Below are positions 52,498 through 64,000 of a DNA stretch of 64,000 nt, piece after piece. Position 1 is the stretch's first letter; each line of letters starts with the position of its first letter. The stretch spans positions 37,200,001 through 37,264,000 of the forward strand of contig OZ024758.1 of NCBI GenBank assembly GCA_964016885.1, in the 5' to 3' direction. The DNA is from Eledone cirrhosa. Lineage: Eukaryota. The notes beneath the pieces are model-generated. The model saw only the letters and a program-made list of their open reading frames with translations. It did not search any database and was not told the DNA's origin. Both the position numbers and the translations under genes were made by a program.

Positions 52498-55400
52498 TGT
52501 CAGAAGTAACTCCACTGTTGGTGAGAATTCATTTAAGTTCATGGTATTAGCTGTCAGAAGTAACTCCACTGTTGGTGAGAATTCATTTAAGTCATGGTAT
52601 TAGCTGTCAGAAGTAACTCCATTGTTGGTGAGAATTCATTTAAGTCATGGTACTAGCTGTCAGAAGTAACTCCACTGTTGGTGAGAATTCATTTAAGTTC
52701 ATGGTATTAGCTGTCAGAAGGATCTCCACTGTTGGTGAGAATTCATTTAAGTTCATGGTACTAGCTGTCAGAAGTAACTCTACTGTTGGTGAGAATTCAT
52801 TTAAGTTCATGGTATTAGTTTGTCAGAAGTAACTCCACTGTTGGTGAGAATTCATTTAAGTCATGGTATTAGTTGTCAGAAGTAACTCCAATGTTGGTGA
52901 GAATTCATTTAAGTCATGGTACTAGCTGTCAGAAGTAACTCCAATGTTGGTGAGAATTCATTTAAGTTCATCGTATTAGCTGTCAGAAGGAACTCCACTG
53001 TTGGTGAGAATTCATTTAAGTTCATGGTACTAGCTGTCAGAAGTAACTCCACTGTTGGTGAGAATTCATTTAAGTTCATGGTATTAGTTTGTCAGAAGTA
53101 ACTCCACTGTTGGTGAGAATTCATTTAAGTCATGGTATTAGTTGTCAGAAGTAACTCCAATGTTGGTGAGAATTCATTTAAGTTCATGGTACTAGCTGTC
53201 AGAAGTAACTCCACTGTTGGTGAGAATTCATTTAAGTTCATGGTATTAGCTGTCAGAAGTAACTCCACTGTTGGTGAGAATTCATTTAAGTCATGGTATT
53301 AGCTGTCAGAAGTAACTCCAATGTTGGTGAGAATTCATTTAAGTCATGGTACTAGCTGTCAGAAGTAACTCCAATGTTGGTGAGAATTCATTTAAGTTCA
53401 TGGTATTAGCTGTCAGAAGTAACTCCACTGTTGGTGAGAATTCATTTAAGTTCATGGTATTAGCTGTCAGAAGTAACTCCACTGTTGGTGAGAATTCATT
53501 TAAGTCATAGTATTAGCTGTCAGAAGTAACTCCAATGTTGGTGAGAATTTATTTAAGTTCATGGTATTAGCTGTCAGAAGTCACTCCACTGTTGGTGAGA
53601 ATTCATTTAAGGTCATGGTACTAGCTGTCAGAAGTAACCCCAATGTTGGTGAGAATTCATTTAAGTTCATGGTATTAGCTGTCAGAAGTCACTCCAATGT
53701 TAGTGAGAATTCATTTAAGTTCATGGTATTAGCTGTCAGAAGTAACTCCACTGTTGGTGAGAATTCATTTAAGTTCATGGTATTAGCTGTCAGAAGTAAC
53801 TCCACTGTTGGTGAGAATTCATTTAAGTTCATGGTATTAGCTGTTAGATGGAACTCCAATGTTGTTGAGAATTCATTTAAGTCATGGTACTAGCTGTCAG
53901 AAGTAACTCCACTGTTGGTGAGAATTCATTTAAGTTCATGGTATTAGCTGTCAGAAGGAACGCCACTGTTGGTGAGAATTCATTTAAGTTCATGGTATTA
54001 GCTGTCAGAAGTAACTCCACTGTTGGTGAGAATTCATTTAAGTTCATGGTACTAGCTGTCAGAAGTAACTCCAATGTTGGTGAGAATTCATTTAAGTTCA
54101 TGGTATTAGCTGTCAGAAGGAACTCCACTGTTGCTGAGAATTCATTTAAGTTCATGGTATTAGCTGTCAGAGGTAACTCCACTGTTGGTGAGAATTCATT
54201 TAAGTTCATGGTATTAGCTGTCAGAAGTAACTCCACTGTTGGTGAGAATTCATTTAAGTCATGGTATTAGCTGTCAGAAGTAACTCCATTGTTGGTGAGA
54301 ATTCATTTAAGTCATGGTACTAGCTGTCAGAAGTAACTCCAATGTTGGTGAGAATTCATTTAAGTCATGGTACTAGCTGTCAGAAGTAACTCCAATGTTG
54401 GTGAGAATTCATTTAAGTTCATGGTATTAGCTGTCAGAAGGAACTCCACTGTTGGTGAGAATTCATTTAAGTTCATGGTATTAGCTGGCAGAAGTAACTC
54501 CACTGTTGGTGAGAATTCATTTAAGTTCATGGTATTAGCTGTCAGAAGTAACTCCACTGTTGGTGAGAATTCATTTAAGTTCATGGTACTAGCTGTCAGA
54601 AGTAACTCCAATGTTGGTGAGAATTCATTTAAGTTCATGGTACTAGCTGTCAGAAGTAACTCCAATGTTGGTGAGAATTCATTTAAGTTCATGGTATTAG
54701 CTGTCAGAAGGAACTCCACTGTTGGTGAGAATTCATTTAAGTTCATGGTAATAGCTGTCAGAAGTAACTCCACTGTTGGTGAGAATTCATTTAAGTTCAT
54801 GGTATTAGCTGTCAGAAGTAACTCCACTGTTGGTGAGAATTCATTTAAGTCATGGTATTAGCTGTCAGAAGTAACTCCAATGTTGGTGAGAATTCATTTA
54901 AGTCATGGTACTAGCTGTCAGAAGTAACTCCAATGTTGGTGAGAATTCATTTAAGTTCATGGTATTAGCTGTCAGAAGTAACTCCACTGTTGGTGAGAAT
55001 TTATTTAAGTTCATGGTATTAGCTGTCAGAAGTCACTCCACTGTTGGTGAGAATTCATTTAAGTTCATGGTACTAGTTGTCAGAAGTAACTCCAATGTTG
55101 GTGAGAATTCATTTAAGTTCATGGTATTAGTTGTCAGAAGTAACTCCACTGTTGGTGAGAATTCATTTAAGTTCATGGTATTAGCTGTCAGAAGTAACTC
55201 CACTGTTGGTGAGAATTCATTTAAGTCATGGTATTAGCTGTCAGAAGTAACTCCATTGTTGGTGAGAATTCATTTAAGTCATGGTACTAGCTGTCAGAAG
55301 TAACTCCACTGTTGGTGAGAATTCATTTAAGTTCATGGTATTAGCTGTCAGAAGGATCTCCACTGTTGGTGAGAATTCATTTAAGTTCATGGTACTAGCT

Positions 55401-57110
55401 GTCAGAAGTAACTCTACTGTTGGTGAGAATTCATTTAAGTTCATGGTATTAGTTTGTCAGAAGTAACTCCACTGTTGGTGAGAATTCATTTAAGTCATGG
55501 TATTAGTTGTCAGAAGTAACTCCAATGTTGGTGAGAATTCATTTAAGTCATGGTACTAGCTGTCAGAAGTAACTCCAATGTTGGTGAGAATTCATTTAAG
55601 TTCATCGTATTAGCTGTCAGAAGGAACTCCACTGTTGGTGAGAATTCATTTAAGTTCATGGTACTAGCTGTCAGAAGTAACTCCACTGTTGGTGAGAATT
55701 CATTTAAGTTCATGGTATTAGTTTGTCAGAAGTAACTCCACTGTTGGTGAGAATTCATTTAAGTCATGGTATTAGTTGTCAGAAGTAACTCCAATGTTGG
55801 TGAGAATTCATTTAAGTTCATGGTACTAGCTGTCAGAAGTAACTCCACTGTTGGTGAGAATTCATTTAAGTTCATGGTATTAGCTGTCAGAAGTAACTCC
55901 ACTGTTGGTGAGAATTCATTTAAGTTCATGGTATTAGCTGTCAGAAGTAACTCCACTGTTGGTGAGAATTCATTTAAGTCATGGTATTAGCTGTCAGAAG
56001 TAACTCCAATGTTGGTGAGAATTTATTTAAGTTCATGGTATTAGCTGTCAGAAGTCACTCCACTGTTGGTGAGAATTCATTTAAGGTCATGGTACTAGCT
56101 GTCAGAAGTAACCCCAATGTTGGTGAGAATTCATTTAAGTTCATGGTATTAGCTGTCAGAAGTCACTCCAATGTTAGTGAGAATTCATTTAAGTTCATGG
56201 TATTAGCTGTCAGAAGTAACTCCACTGTTGGTGAGAATTCATTTAAGTTCATGGTATTAGCTGTCTGAAGTAACTCCACTGTTGGTGAGAATTCATTTAA
56301 GTTCATGGTATTAGCTGTTAGATGGAACTCCAATGTTGTTGAGAATTCATTTAAGTCATGGTACTAGCTGTCAGAAGTAACTCCACTGTTGGTGAGAATT
56401 CATTTAAGTTCATGGTATTAGCTGTCAGAAGGAACGCCACTGTTGGTGAGAATTCATTTAAGTTCATGGTATTAGCTGTCAGAAGTAACTCCACTGTTGG
56501 TGAGAATTCATTTAAGTTCATGGTACTAGCTGTCAGAAGTAACTCCAATGTTGGTGAGAATTCATTTAAGTTCATGGTATTAGCTGTCAGAAGGAACTCC
56601 ACTGTTGCTGAGAATTCATTTAAGTTCATGGTATTAGCTGTCAGAAGTAACTCCACTGTTGGTGAGAATTCATTTAAGTTCATGGTATTAGCTGTCAGAA
56701 GTAACTCCACTGTTGGTGAGAATTCATTTAAGTCATGGTATTAGCTGTCAGAAGTAACTCCATTGTTGGTGAGAATTCATTTAAGTCATGGTACTAGCTG
56801 TCAGAAGTAACTCCAATGTTGGTGAGAATTCATTTAAGTCATGGTACTAGCTGTCAGAAGTAACACCAATGTTGGTGAGAATTCATTTAAGTTCATGGTA
56901 TTAGCTGTCAGAAGGAACTCCACTGTTGGTGAGAATTCATTTAAGTTCATGGTATTAGCTGGCAGAAGTAACTCCACTGTTGGTGAGAATTCATTTAAGT
57001 TCATGGTATTAGCTGTCAGAAGTAACTCCACTGTTGGTGAGAATTCATTTAAGTTCATGGTACTAGCTGTCAGAAGTAACTCCAATGTTGGTGAGAATTC
57101 ATTTAAGTTC
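52010..57110. repeat. Block duplication with 2634-bp offset, shifting to 2474 after a 3-monomer deletion
   Basis: ORF pairs 52271/54905, 52647/55281 and 52916/55550 (offset 2634), then 53884/56358 and 54367/56841 (offset 2474). Shared AAGGTC, GTTAGTGAG, GTTGTTGAG and GCTGGCAG. Confidence 0.85.
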
Positions 57111-60100
57111 ATGGTATTAGCGTCAGAAGTAACTCCACTGTTGGTGAGAATTCATTTAAGTCATGGTATTTATTAGCTGTCAGAAGTAACACCAATGTTG
57201 GTGAGAATTCATTTAAGTTCATGGTATTAGCTGTCAGAAGTAACTCCACTGTTGGTGAGAATTCATTTAAGTTCATGGTATTAGCTGTCAGAAGTAACTC
57301 CACTGTTGGTGAGAATTCATTTAAGTTCATGGTACTAGCTGTCAGAAGTAACTCCACTGTTGTTGAGAATTCATTTAAGTTCATGGTATTAGTTTGTCAG
57401 AAGTAACTCCACTGTTGGTGAGAATTCATTTAAGTCATGGTATTAGTTGTCAGAAGTAACTCCAATGTTGGTGAGAATTCATTTAAGTTCATGGTACTAG
57501 CTGTCAGAAGTAACTCCACTGTTGGTGAGAATTCATTTAAGTCATGGTATTAGCTGTCAGAAGTAACTCCAATGTTGGTGAGAATTCATTTAAGTTCATG
57601 GTATTAGCTGTCAGAAGTCACTCCACTGTTGGTGAGAATTCATTTAAGTTCATGGTACTAGCTGTCAGAAGTAACTCAATGTTGGTGAGAATTCATTTAA
57701 GTTCATGGTATTAGCTGTCAGAAGTCACTCCAATGTTGGTGAGAATTCATTTAAGTTCATGGTATTTGCTGTCAGAAGTAACTCCACTGTTGGTGAGAAT
57801 TCATTTAAGTTCATGGTATTAGCTGTCAGAAGTAACTCCACTGTTGGTGAGAATTCATTTAAGTTCATGGTATTAGCTGTCAGAAGTAACTCCACTGTTG
57901 GTGAGAATTCATTTAAGTTCATGGTATTAGCTGTCAGAAGTAACTCCACTGTTGGTGAGAATTCATTTAAGTTCATGGTACTAGCTGTCAGAAGTAACTC
58001 CACTGTTGGTGAGAATTCATTTAAGTTCATGGTATTAGCTGTCAGAAGTCACTCCAATGTTGGTGAGAATTCATTTAAGTTCATGGTATTAGCTGTCAGA
58101 AGTCACTCCACTGTTGGTCAGAATTCATTTAAGTTCATGGTACTAGCTGTCAGAAGTAACCCCAATGTTGGTGAGAATTCATTTAAGTTCATGGTATTAG
58201 CTGTCAGAAGTCACTCCAATGTTGGTGAGAATTCATTTAAGTTCATGGTATTAGCTGTCAGAAGTAACTCCACTGTTGGTGAGAATTCATTTAAGTTCAT
58301 GGTATTAGCTGTCAGAAGTAACTCCACTGTTGGTGAGAATTCATTTAAGTTCATGGTATTAGCTGTCAGAAGGAACTCCACTGTTGGTGAGAATTCATTT
58401 AAGTTCATGGTACTAGCTGTCAGAAGTAACTCCACTGTTGGTGAGAATTCATTTAAGTTCATGGTATTAGTTTGTCAGAAGTAACTCCACTGTTGGTGAG
58501 AATTCATTTAAGTCATGGTACTAGCTGTCAGAAGTAACTCCACTGTTGGTGAGAATTCATTTAAGTTCATGGTATTAGCTGTCAGAAGTAACTCCACTGT
58601 TGGTGAGAATTCATTTAAGTTCATGGTATTAGCTGTCAGAAGTAACTCCACTGTTGGTGAGAATTCATTTAAGTTCATGGTATTAGCTGTTAGATGGAAC
58701 TCCAATGTTGGTGAGAATTCATTTAAGTCATGGTACTAGCTGTCAGAAGTAACTCCACTGTTGGTGAGAATTCATTTAAGTTCATGGTATTAGCTGTCAG
58801 AAGGAACGCCACTGTATGTGAGAATTCATTTAAGTTAATGGTATTAGCTGTCAGAAGTAACTCCACTGTTGGTGAGAATTCATTTAAGTTCATGGTACTA
58901 GGTGTCAGAAGTAACTCCAATGTTGGTGAGAATTCATTTAAGTTCATGGTATTAGCTGTCAGAAGGAACTCCACTGTTGCTGAGAATTCATTTAAGTTCA
59001 TGGTATTAGCTGTCAGAAGTAACTCCAATGTTGGTGAGAATTCATTTAAGTTCATGGTATTAGCTGTCAGAAGTAACTCCACTGTTGGTGAGAATTCATT
59101 TAAGTTCATGGTATTAGCTGTCAGAAGTAACTCCACTGCTGGTGAGAATTCATTTAAGTCATGGTATTAGCTGTCAGAAGTAACTCCAATGTTGGTGAGA
59201 ATTTATTTAAGTTCATGGTATTAGCTGTCAGAAGTCACTCCACTGTTGGTGAGAATTCATTTAAGTTCATGGTACTAGCTGTCAGAAGTAACCCCAATGT
59301 TGGTGAGAATTCATTTAAGTTTCATGGTATTAGCTGTCAGAAGTCACTCCAATGTTGGTGAGAATTCATTTAAGTTCATGGTATTAGCTGTCAGAAGTAA
59401 CTCCACTGTTGGTGAGAATTCATTTAAGTTCATGGTATTAGCTGTCAGAAGTAACTCCACTGTTGGTGAGAATTCATTTAAGTTCATGGTATTAGCTGTT
59501 AGATGGAACTCCAATGTTGGTGAGAATTCATTTAAGTCATGGTACTAGCTGTCAGAAGTAACTCCACTGTTGGTGAGAATTCATTTAAGTTCATGGTATT
59601 AGCTGTCAGAAGGAACGCCACTGTTGGTGAGAATTCATTTAAGTTCATGGTATTAGCTGTCAGAAGTAACTCCACTGTTGGTGAGAATTCATTTAAGTTC
59701 ATGGTACTAGCTGTCAGAAGTAACTCCAATGTTGGTGAGAATTCATTTAAGTTCATGGTATTAGCTGTCAGAAGGAACTCCACTGTTGCTGAGAATTCAT
59801 TTAAGTTCATGGTATTAGCTGTCAGAAGTAACTCCACTGTTGGTGAGAATTCATTTAAGTTCATGGTATTAGCTGTCAGAAGTAACTCCACTGTTGGTGA
59901 GAATTCATTTAAGTCATGGTATTAGCTGTCAGAAGTAACTCCACTGTTGGTGAGAATTCATTTAAGTTCATGGTATTAGCTGTTAGATGGAACTCCAATG
60001 TTGGTGAGAATTCATTTAAGTCATGGTACTAGCTGTCAGAAGTAACTCCACTGTTGGTGAGAATTCATTTAAGTTCATGGTATTAGCTGTCAGAAGGAAC

Positions 60101-63100
60101 GCCACTGTTGGTGAGAATTCATTTAAGTTCATGGTATTAGCTGTCAGAAGTAACTCCACTGTTGGTGAGAATTCATTTAAGTTCATGGTACTAGCTGTCA
60201 GAAGTAACTCCAATGTTGGTGAGAATTCATTTAAGTTCATGGTACTAGCTGTCAGAAGTAACTCCAATGTTGGTGAGAATTCATTTAAGTTCATGGTATT
60301 AGCTGTCAGAAGTAACTCCACTGTTGGTGAGAATTCATTTAAGTCATGGTATTTATTAGCTGTCAGAAGTAACTCCACTGTTGGTGAGAATTCATTTAAG
60401 TTCATGGTACTAGCTGTCAGAAGTAACTCCAATGTTGGTGAGAATTCATTTAAGTTCATGGTACTAGCTGTCAGAAGTAACTCCACTGTTGTTGAGAATT
60501 CATTTAAGTTCATGGTATTAGTTTGTCAGAAGTAACTCCACTGTTGGTGAGAATTCATTTAAGTCATGGTATTAGTTGTCAGAAGTAACTCCACTGTTGG
60601 TGAGAATTCATTTAAGTTCATGGTATTAGCTGTCAGAAGTAACTCCACTGTTGGTGAGAATTCATTTAAGTTCATGGTATTAGCTGTCAGAAGTAACTCC
60701 ACTGTTGGTGAGAATTCATTTAAGTTCATGGTATTAGCTGTTAGATGGAACTCCAATGTTGGTGAGAATTCATTTAAGTCATGGTACTAGCTGTCAGAAG
60801 TAACTCCACTGTTGGTGAGAATTCATTTAAGTTCATGGTATTAGCTGTCAGAAGGAACGCCACTGTTGGTGAGAATTCATTTAAGTTAATGGTATTAGCT
60901 GTCAGAAGTAACTCCACTGTTGGTGAGAATTCATTTAAGTTCATGGTACTAGGTGTCAGAAGTAACTCCAATGTTGGTGAGAATTCATTTAAGTTCATGG
61001 TATTAGCTGTCAGAAGGAACTCCACTGTTGCTGAGAATTCATTTAAGTTCATGGTATTAGCTGTCAGAAGTAACTCCAATGTTGGTGAGAATTCATTTAA
61101 GTTCATGGTATTAGCTGTCAGAAGTAACTCCACTGTTGGTGAGAATTCATTTAAGTTCATGGTATTAGCTGTCAGAAGTAACTCCACTGTTGGTGAGAAT
61201 TCATTTAAGTCATGGTATTAGCTGTCAGAAGTAACTCCAATGTTGGTGAGAATTTATTTAAGTTCATGGTATTAGCTGTCAGAAGCCACTCCTCTGTTGG
61301 TGAGAATTCATTTAAGTTCATGGTACTAGCTGTCAGAAGTAACCCCAATGTTGGTGAGAATTCATTTAAGTTCATGGTATTAGCTGTCAGAAGTCACTCC
61401 AATGTTGGTGAGAATTCATTTAAGTTCATGGTATTAGCTGTCAGAAGTAACTCCACTGTTGGTGAGAATTCATTTAAGTTCATGGTATTAGCTGTCAGAA
61501 GTAACTCCACTGTTGGTGAGAATTCATTTAAGTTCATGGTATTAGCTGTTAGATGGAACTCCAATGTTGGTGAGAATTCATTTAAGTCATGGTACTAGCT
61601 GTCAGAAGTAACTCCACTGTTGGTGAGAATTCATTTAAGTTCATGGTATTAGCTGTCAGAAGGAACTCCACTGTTGGTGAGAATTCATTTAAGTTCATGG
61701 TACTAGCTGTCAGAAGTAACTCCACTGTTGGTGAGAATTCATTTAAGTTCATGGTATTAGTTTGTCAGAAGTAACTCCACTGTTGGTGAGAATTCATTTA
61801 AGTCATGGTATTAGTTGTCAGAAGTAACTCCAATGTTGGTGAGAATTCATTTAAGTTCATGGTACTAGCTGTCAGAAGTAACTCCACTGTTGGTGAGAAT
61901 TCATTTAAGTTCATGGTATTAGCTGTCAGAAGTAACTCCACTGTTGGTGAGAATTCATTTAAGTTCATGGTATTAGCTGTCAGAAGTAACTCCACTGTTG
62001 GTGAGAATTCATTTAAGTCATGGTATTAGCTGTCAGAAGTAACTCCAATGTTGGTGAGAATTTATTTAAGTTCATGGTATTAGCTGTCAGAAGTCACTCC
62101 ACTGTTGGTGAGAATTCATTTAAGGTCATGGTACTAGCTGTCAGAAGTAACCCCAATGTTGGTGAGAATTCATTTAAGTTCATGGTATTAGCTGTCAGAA
62201 GTCACTCCAATGTTAGTGAGAATTCATTTAAGTTCATGGTATTAGCTGTCAGAAGTAACTCCACTGTTGGTGAGAATTCATTTAAGTTCATGGTATTAGC
62301 TGTCTGAAGTAACTCCACTGTTGGTGAGAATTCATTTAAGTTCATGGTATTAGCTGTTAGATGGAACTCCAATGTTGTTGAGAATTCATTTAAGTCATGG
62401 TACTAGCTGTCAGAAGTAACTCCACTGTTGGTGAGAATTCATTTAAGTTCATGGTATTAGCTGTCAGAAGGAACGCCACTGTTGGTGAGAATTCATTTAA
62501 GTTCATGGTATTAGCTGTCAGAAGTAACTCCACTGTTGGTGAGAATTCATTTAAGTTCATGGTACTAGCTGTCAGAAGTAACTCCAATGTTGGTGAGAAT
62601 TCATTTAAGTTCATGGTATTAGCTGTCAGAAGGAACTCCACTGTTGCTGAGAATTCATTTAAGTTCATGGTATTAGCTGTCAGAAGTAACTCCACTGTTG
62701 GTGAGAATTCATTTAAGTTCATGGTATTAGCTGTCAGAAGTAACTCCACTGTTGGTGAGAATTCATTTAAGTCATGGTATTAGCTGTCAGAAGTAACTCC
62801 ATTGTTGGTGAGAATTCATTTAAGTCATGGTACTAGCTGTCAGAAGTAACTCCAATGTTGGTGAGAATTCATTTAAGTCATGGTACTAGCTGTCAGAAGT
62901 AACACCAATGTTGGTGAGAATTCATTTAAGTTCATGGTATTAGCTGTCAGAAGGAACTCCACTGTTGGTGAGAATTCATTTAAGTTCATGGTATTAGCTG
63001 GCAGAAGTAACTCCACTGTTGGTGAGAATTCATTTAAGTTCATGGTATTAGCTGTCAGAAGTAACTCCACTGTTGGTGAGAATTCATTTAAGTTCATGGT

Positions 63101-64000
63101 ACTAGCTGTCAGAAGTAACTCCAATGTTGGTGAGAATTCATTTAAGTTCATGGTATTAGCGTCAGAAGTAACTCCACTGTTGGTGAGAATTCATTTAAGT
63201 CATGGTATTTATTAGCTGTCAGAAGTAACACCAATGTTGGTGAGAATTCATTTAAGTTCATGGTATTAGCTGTCAGAAGTAACTCCACTGTTGGTGAGAA
63301 TTCATTTAAGTTCATGGTATTAGCTGTCAGAAGTAACTCCACTGTTGGTGAGAATTCATTTAAGTTCATGGTACTAGCTGTCAGAAGTAACTCCACTGTT
63401 GTTGAGAATTCATTTAAGTTCATGGTATTAGTTTGTCAGAAGTAACTCCACTGTTGGTGAGAATTCATTTAAGTCATGGTATTAGTTGTCAGAAGTAACT
63501 CCAATGTTGGTGAGAATTCATTTAAGTTCATGGTACTAGCTGTCAGAAGTAACTCCACTGTTGGTGAGAATTCATTTAAGTCATGGTATTAGCTGTCAGA
63601 AGTAACTCCAATGTTGGTGAGAATTCATTTAAGTTCATGGTATTAGCTGTCAGAAGTCACTCCACTGTTGGTGAGAATTCATTTAAGTTCATGGTACTAG
63701 CTGTCAGAAGTAACTCAATGTTGGTGAGAATTCATTTAAGTTCATGGTATTAGCTGTCAGAAGTCACTCCAATGTTGGTGAGAATTCATTTAAGTTCATG
63801 GTATTTGCTGTCAGAAGTAACTCCACTGTTGGTGAGAATTCATTTAAGTTCATGGTATTAGCTGTCAGAAGTAACTCCACTGTTGGTGAGAATTCATTTA
63901 AGTTCATGGTATTAGCTGTCAGAAGTAACTCCACTGTTGGTGAGAATTCATTTAAGTTCATGGTATTAGCTGTCAGAAGTAACTCCACTGTTGGTGAGAA
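55620..64000. repeat. Block duplication with 6039-bp offset (~112 monomers); the second copy is cut by the window end
   Basis: ORF pairs 55766/61805, 55981/62020, 56358/62397, 56841/62880, 57221/63260 and 57725/63764. Shared private variants GTCTGAAG, AGCGTC, TATTTATTAG, ACTCAATG and TATTTGCT. Confidence 0.92.
58460..61670. repeat. Nested, older block duplication with 2051-bp offset (38 monomers) inside the 6039-bp unit
   Basis: ORF pairs 58515/60566, 58730/60781 and 59161/61212. Shared GTTAATGG (~58834/60885) and TAGGTGTC (~58899/60950). Several private differences (TGTATGTG, CTGCTGG, +T at ~59320, GCCACTCCTCT). Confidence 0.85.

Larger units (their letters stand above)
1..64000. repeat. 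54-bp tandem satellite array (~1,190 monomers, single orientation), extending beyond both window ends
   Basis: The consensus monomer recurs continuously from base 1 to 64000 with typically 0-3 differences per copy. A 53-bp variant (AAGTCATG instead of AAGTTCATG) is common. No unique sequence was seen. Confidence 0.99.

Noticed and set aside
60023-60535. Frame-preserving -1/+4 indel pair (KSWYLLAVR)
   Set aside because: This is a TATT slippage duplication next to the common -1 junction. At ~57120-57170 the same event sits beside another -1 that breaks the frame, so it is not evidence of coding selection.
97-63988. Many ORFs on both strands (MVLAVRSNSTVGENSFKF and MNLNEFSPTVELLLTANT repeats, up to 398 aa)
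   Set aside because: 54 is a multiple of 3, and a stop-free 18-codon frame is likely by chance. The frames are broken every few monomers by 1-bp indels, most variant types are non-synonymous, and there are no unique termini or domains.
1-64000. CRISPR array, or a repeat-spacer or guide-RNA cassette array
   Set aside because: There are no unique spacers: the whole unit is repeated with only point variants. No cas, reverse transcriptase or recombinase genes are present.
1-64000. Phase-variable or programmed-frameshift giant repeat protein using the 53-bp junctions
   Set aside because: The junction AAGTCATG is not a slippery site, and the old frame stops immediately (KSWY*). The indels are simply inherited with duplicated blocks.
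1-64000. CCAAT boxes, TTAA (piggyBac target) and EcoRI/AluI sites as regulatory or mobile-element signals
   Set aside because: These are short motifs repeated only because the monomer is repeated. There is no promoter context, terminal inverted repeat or insertion.
1-64000. tRNA, 5S or snRNA tandem genes, telomeric repeat, or CENP-B box
   Set aside because: The monomer has no recognisable cloverleaf or Pol III boxes, no G-rich telomeric unit, and no CpG-containing CENP-B box core (TTCG....A..CGGG).
1-64000. Synthetic concatemer or rolling-circle sequencing artefact
   Set aside because: Variants are inherited hierarchically in nested blocks and regional domains, as expected from evolution. 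They are not random errors on one template.

Overview
The whole 64-kb window is one uninterrupted head-to-tail tandem array of a 54-bp monomer, about 1,190 copies (64,000/~53.8). The consensus is ATGGTATTAGCTGTCAGAAGTAACTCCACTGTTGGTGAGAATTCATTTAAGTTC (20/54 G+C, one EcoRI and one AluI site), and the array runs off both ends of the window. It looks like eukaryotic satellite DNA, but I cannot assign the family or species from sequence alone. I see no genes, RNA genes, transposon insertions, inversions or CRISPR spacers. Every ORF in the track is a translation of the 18-codon monomer, broken by 1-bp indel monomers. The information lies in the order of monomer variants: (i) a hidden three-monomer (~161-bp) period, (ii) a patchwork of local 0.8-6 kb block duplications rather than one fixed higher-order repeat, (iii) three successive domains with their own private variants, and (iv) tightly linked or clustered variants. 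Block boundaries were read by eye and from ORF-track offsets and are approximate. I found no evidence for a novel protein-coding system.
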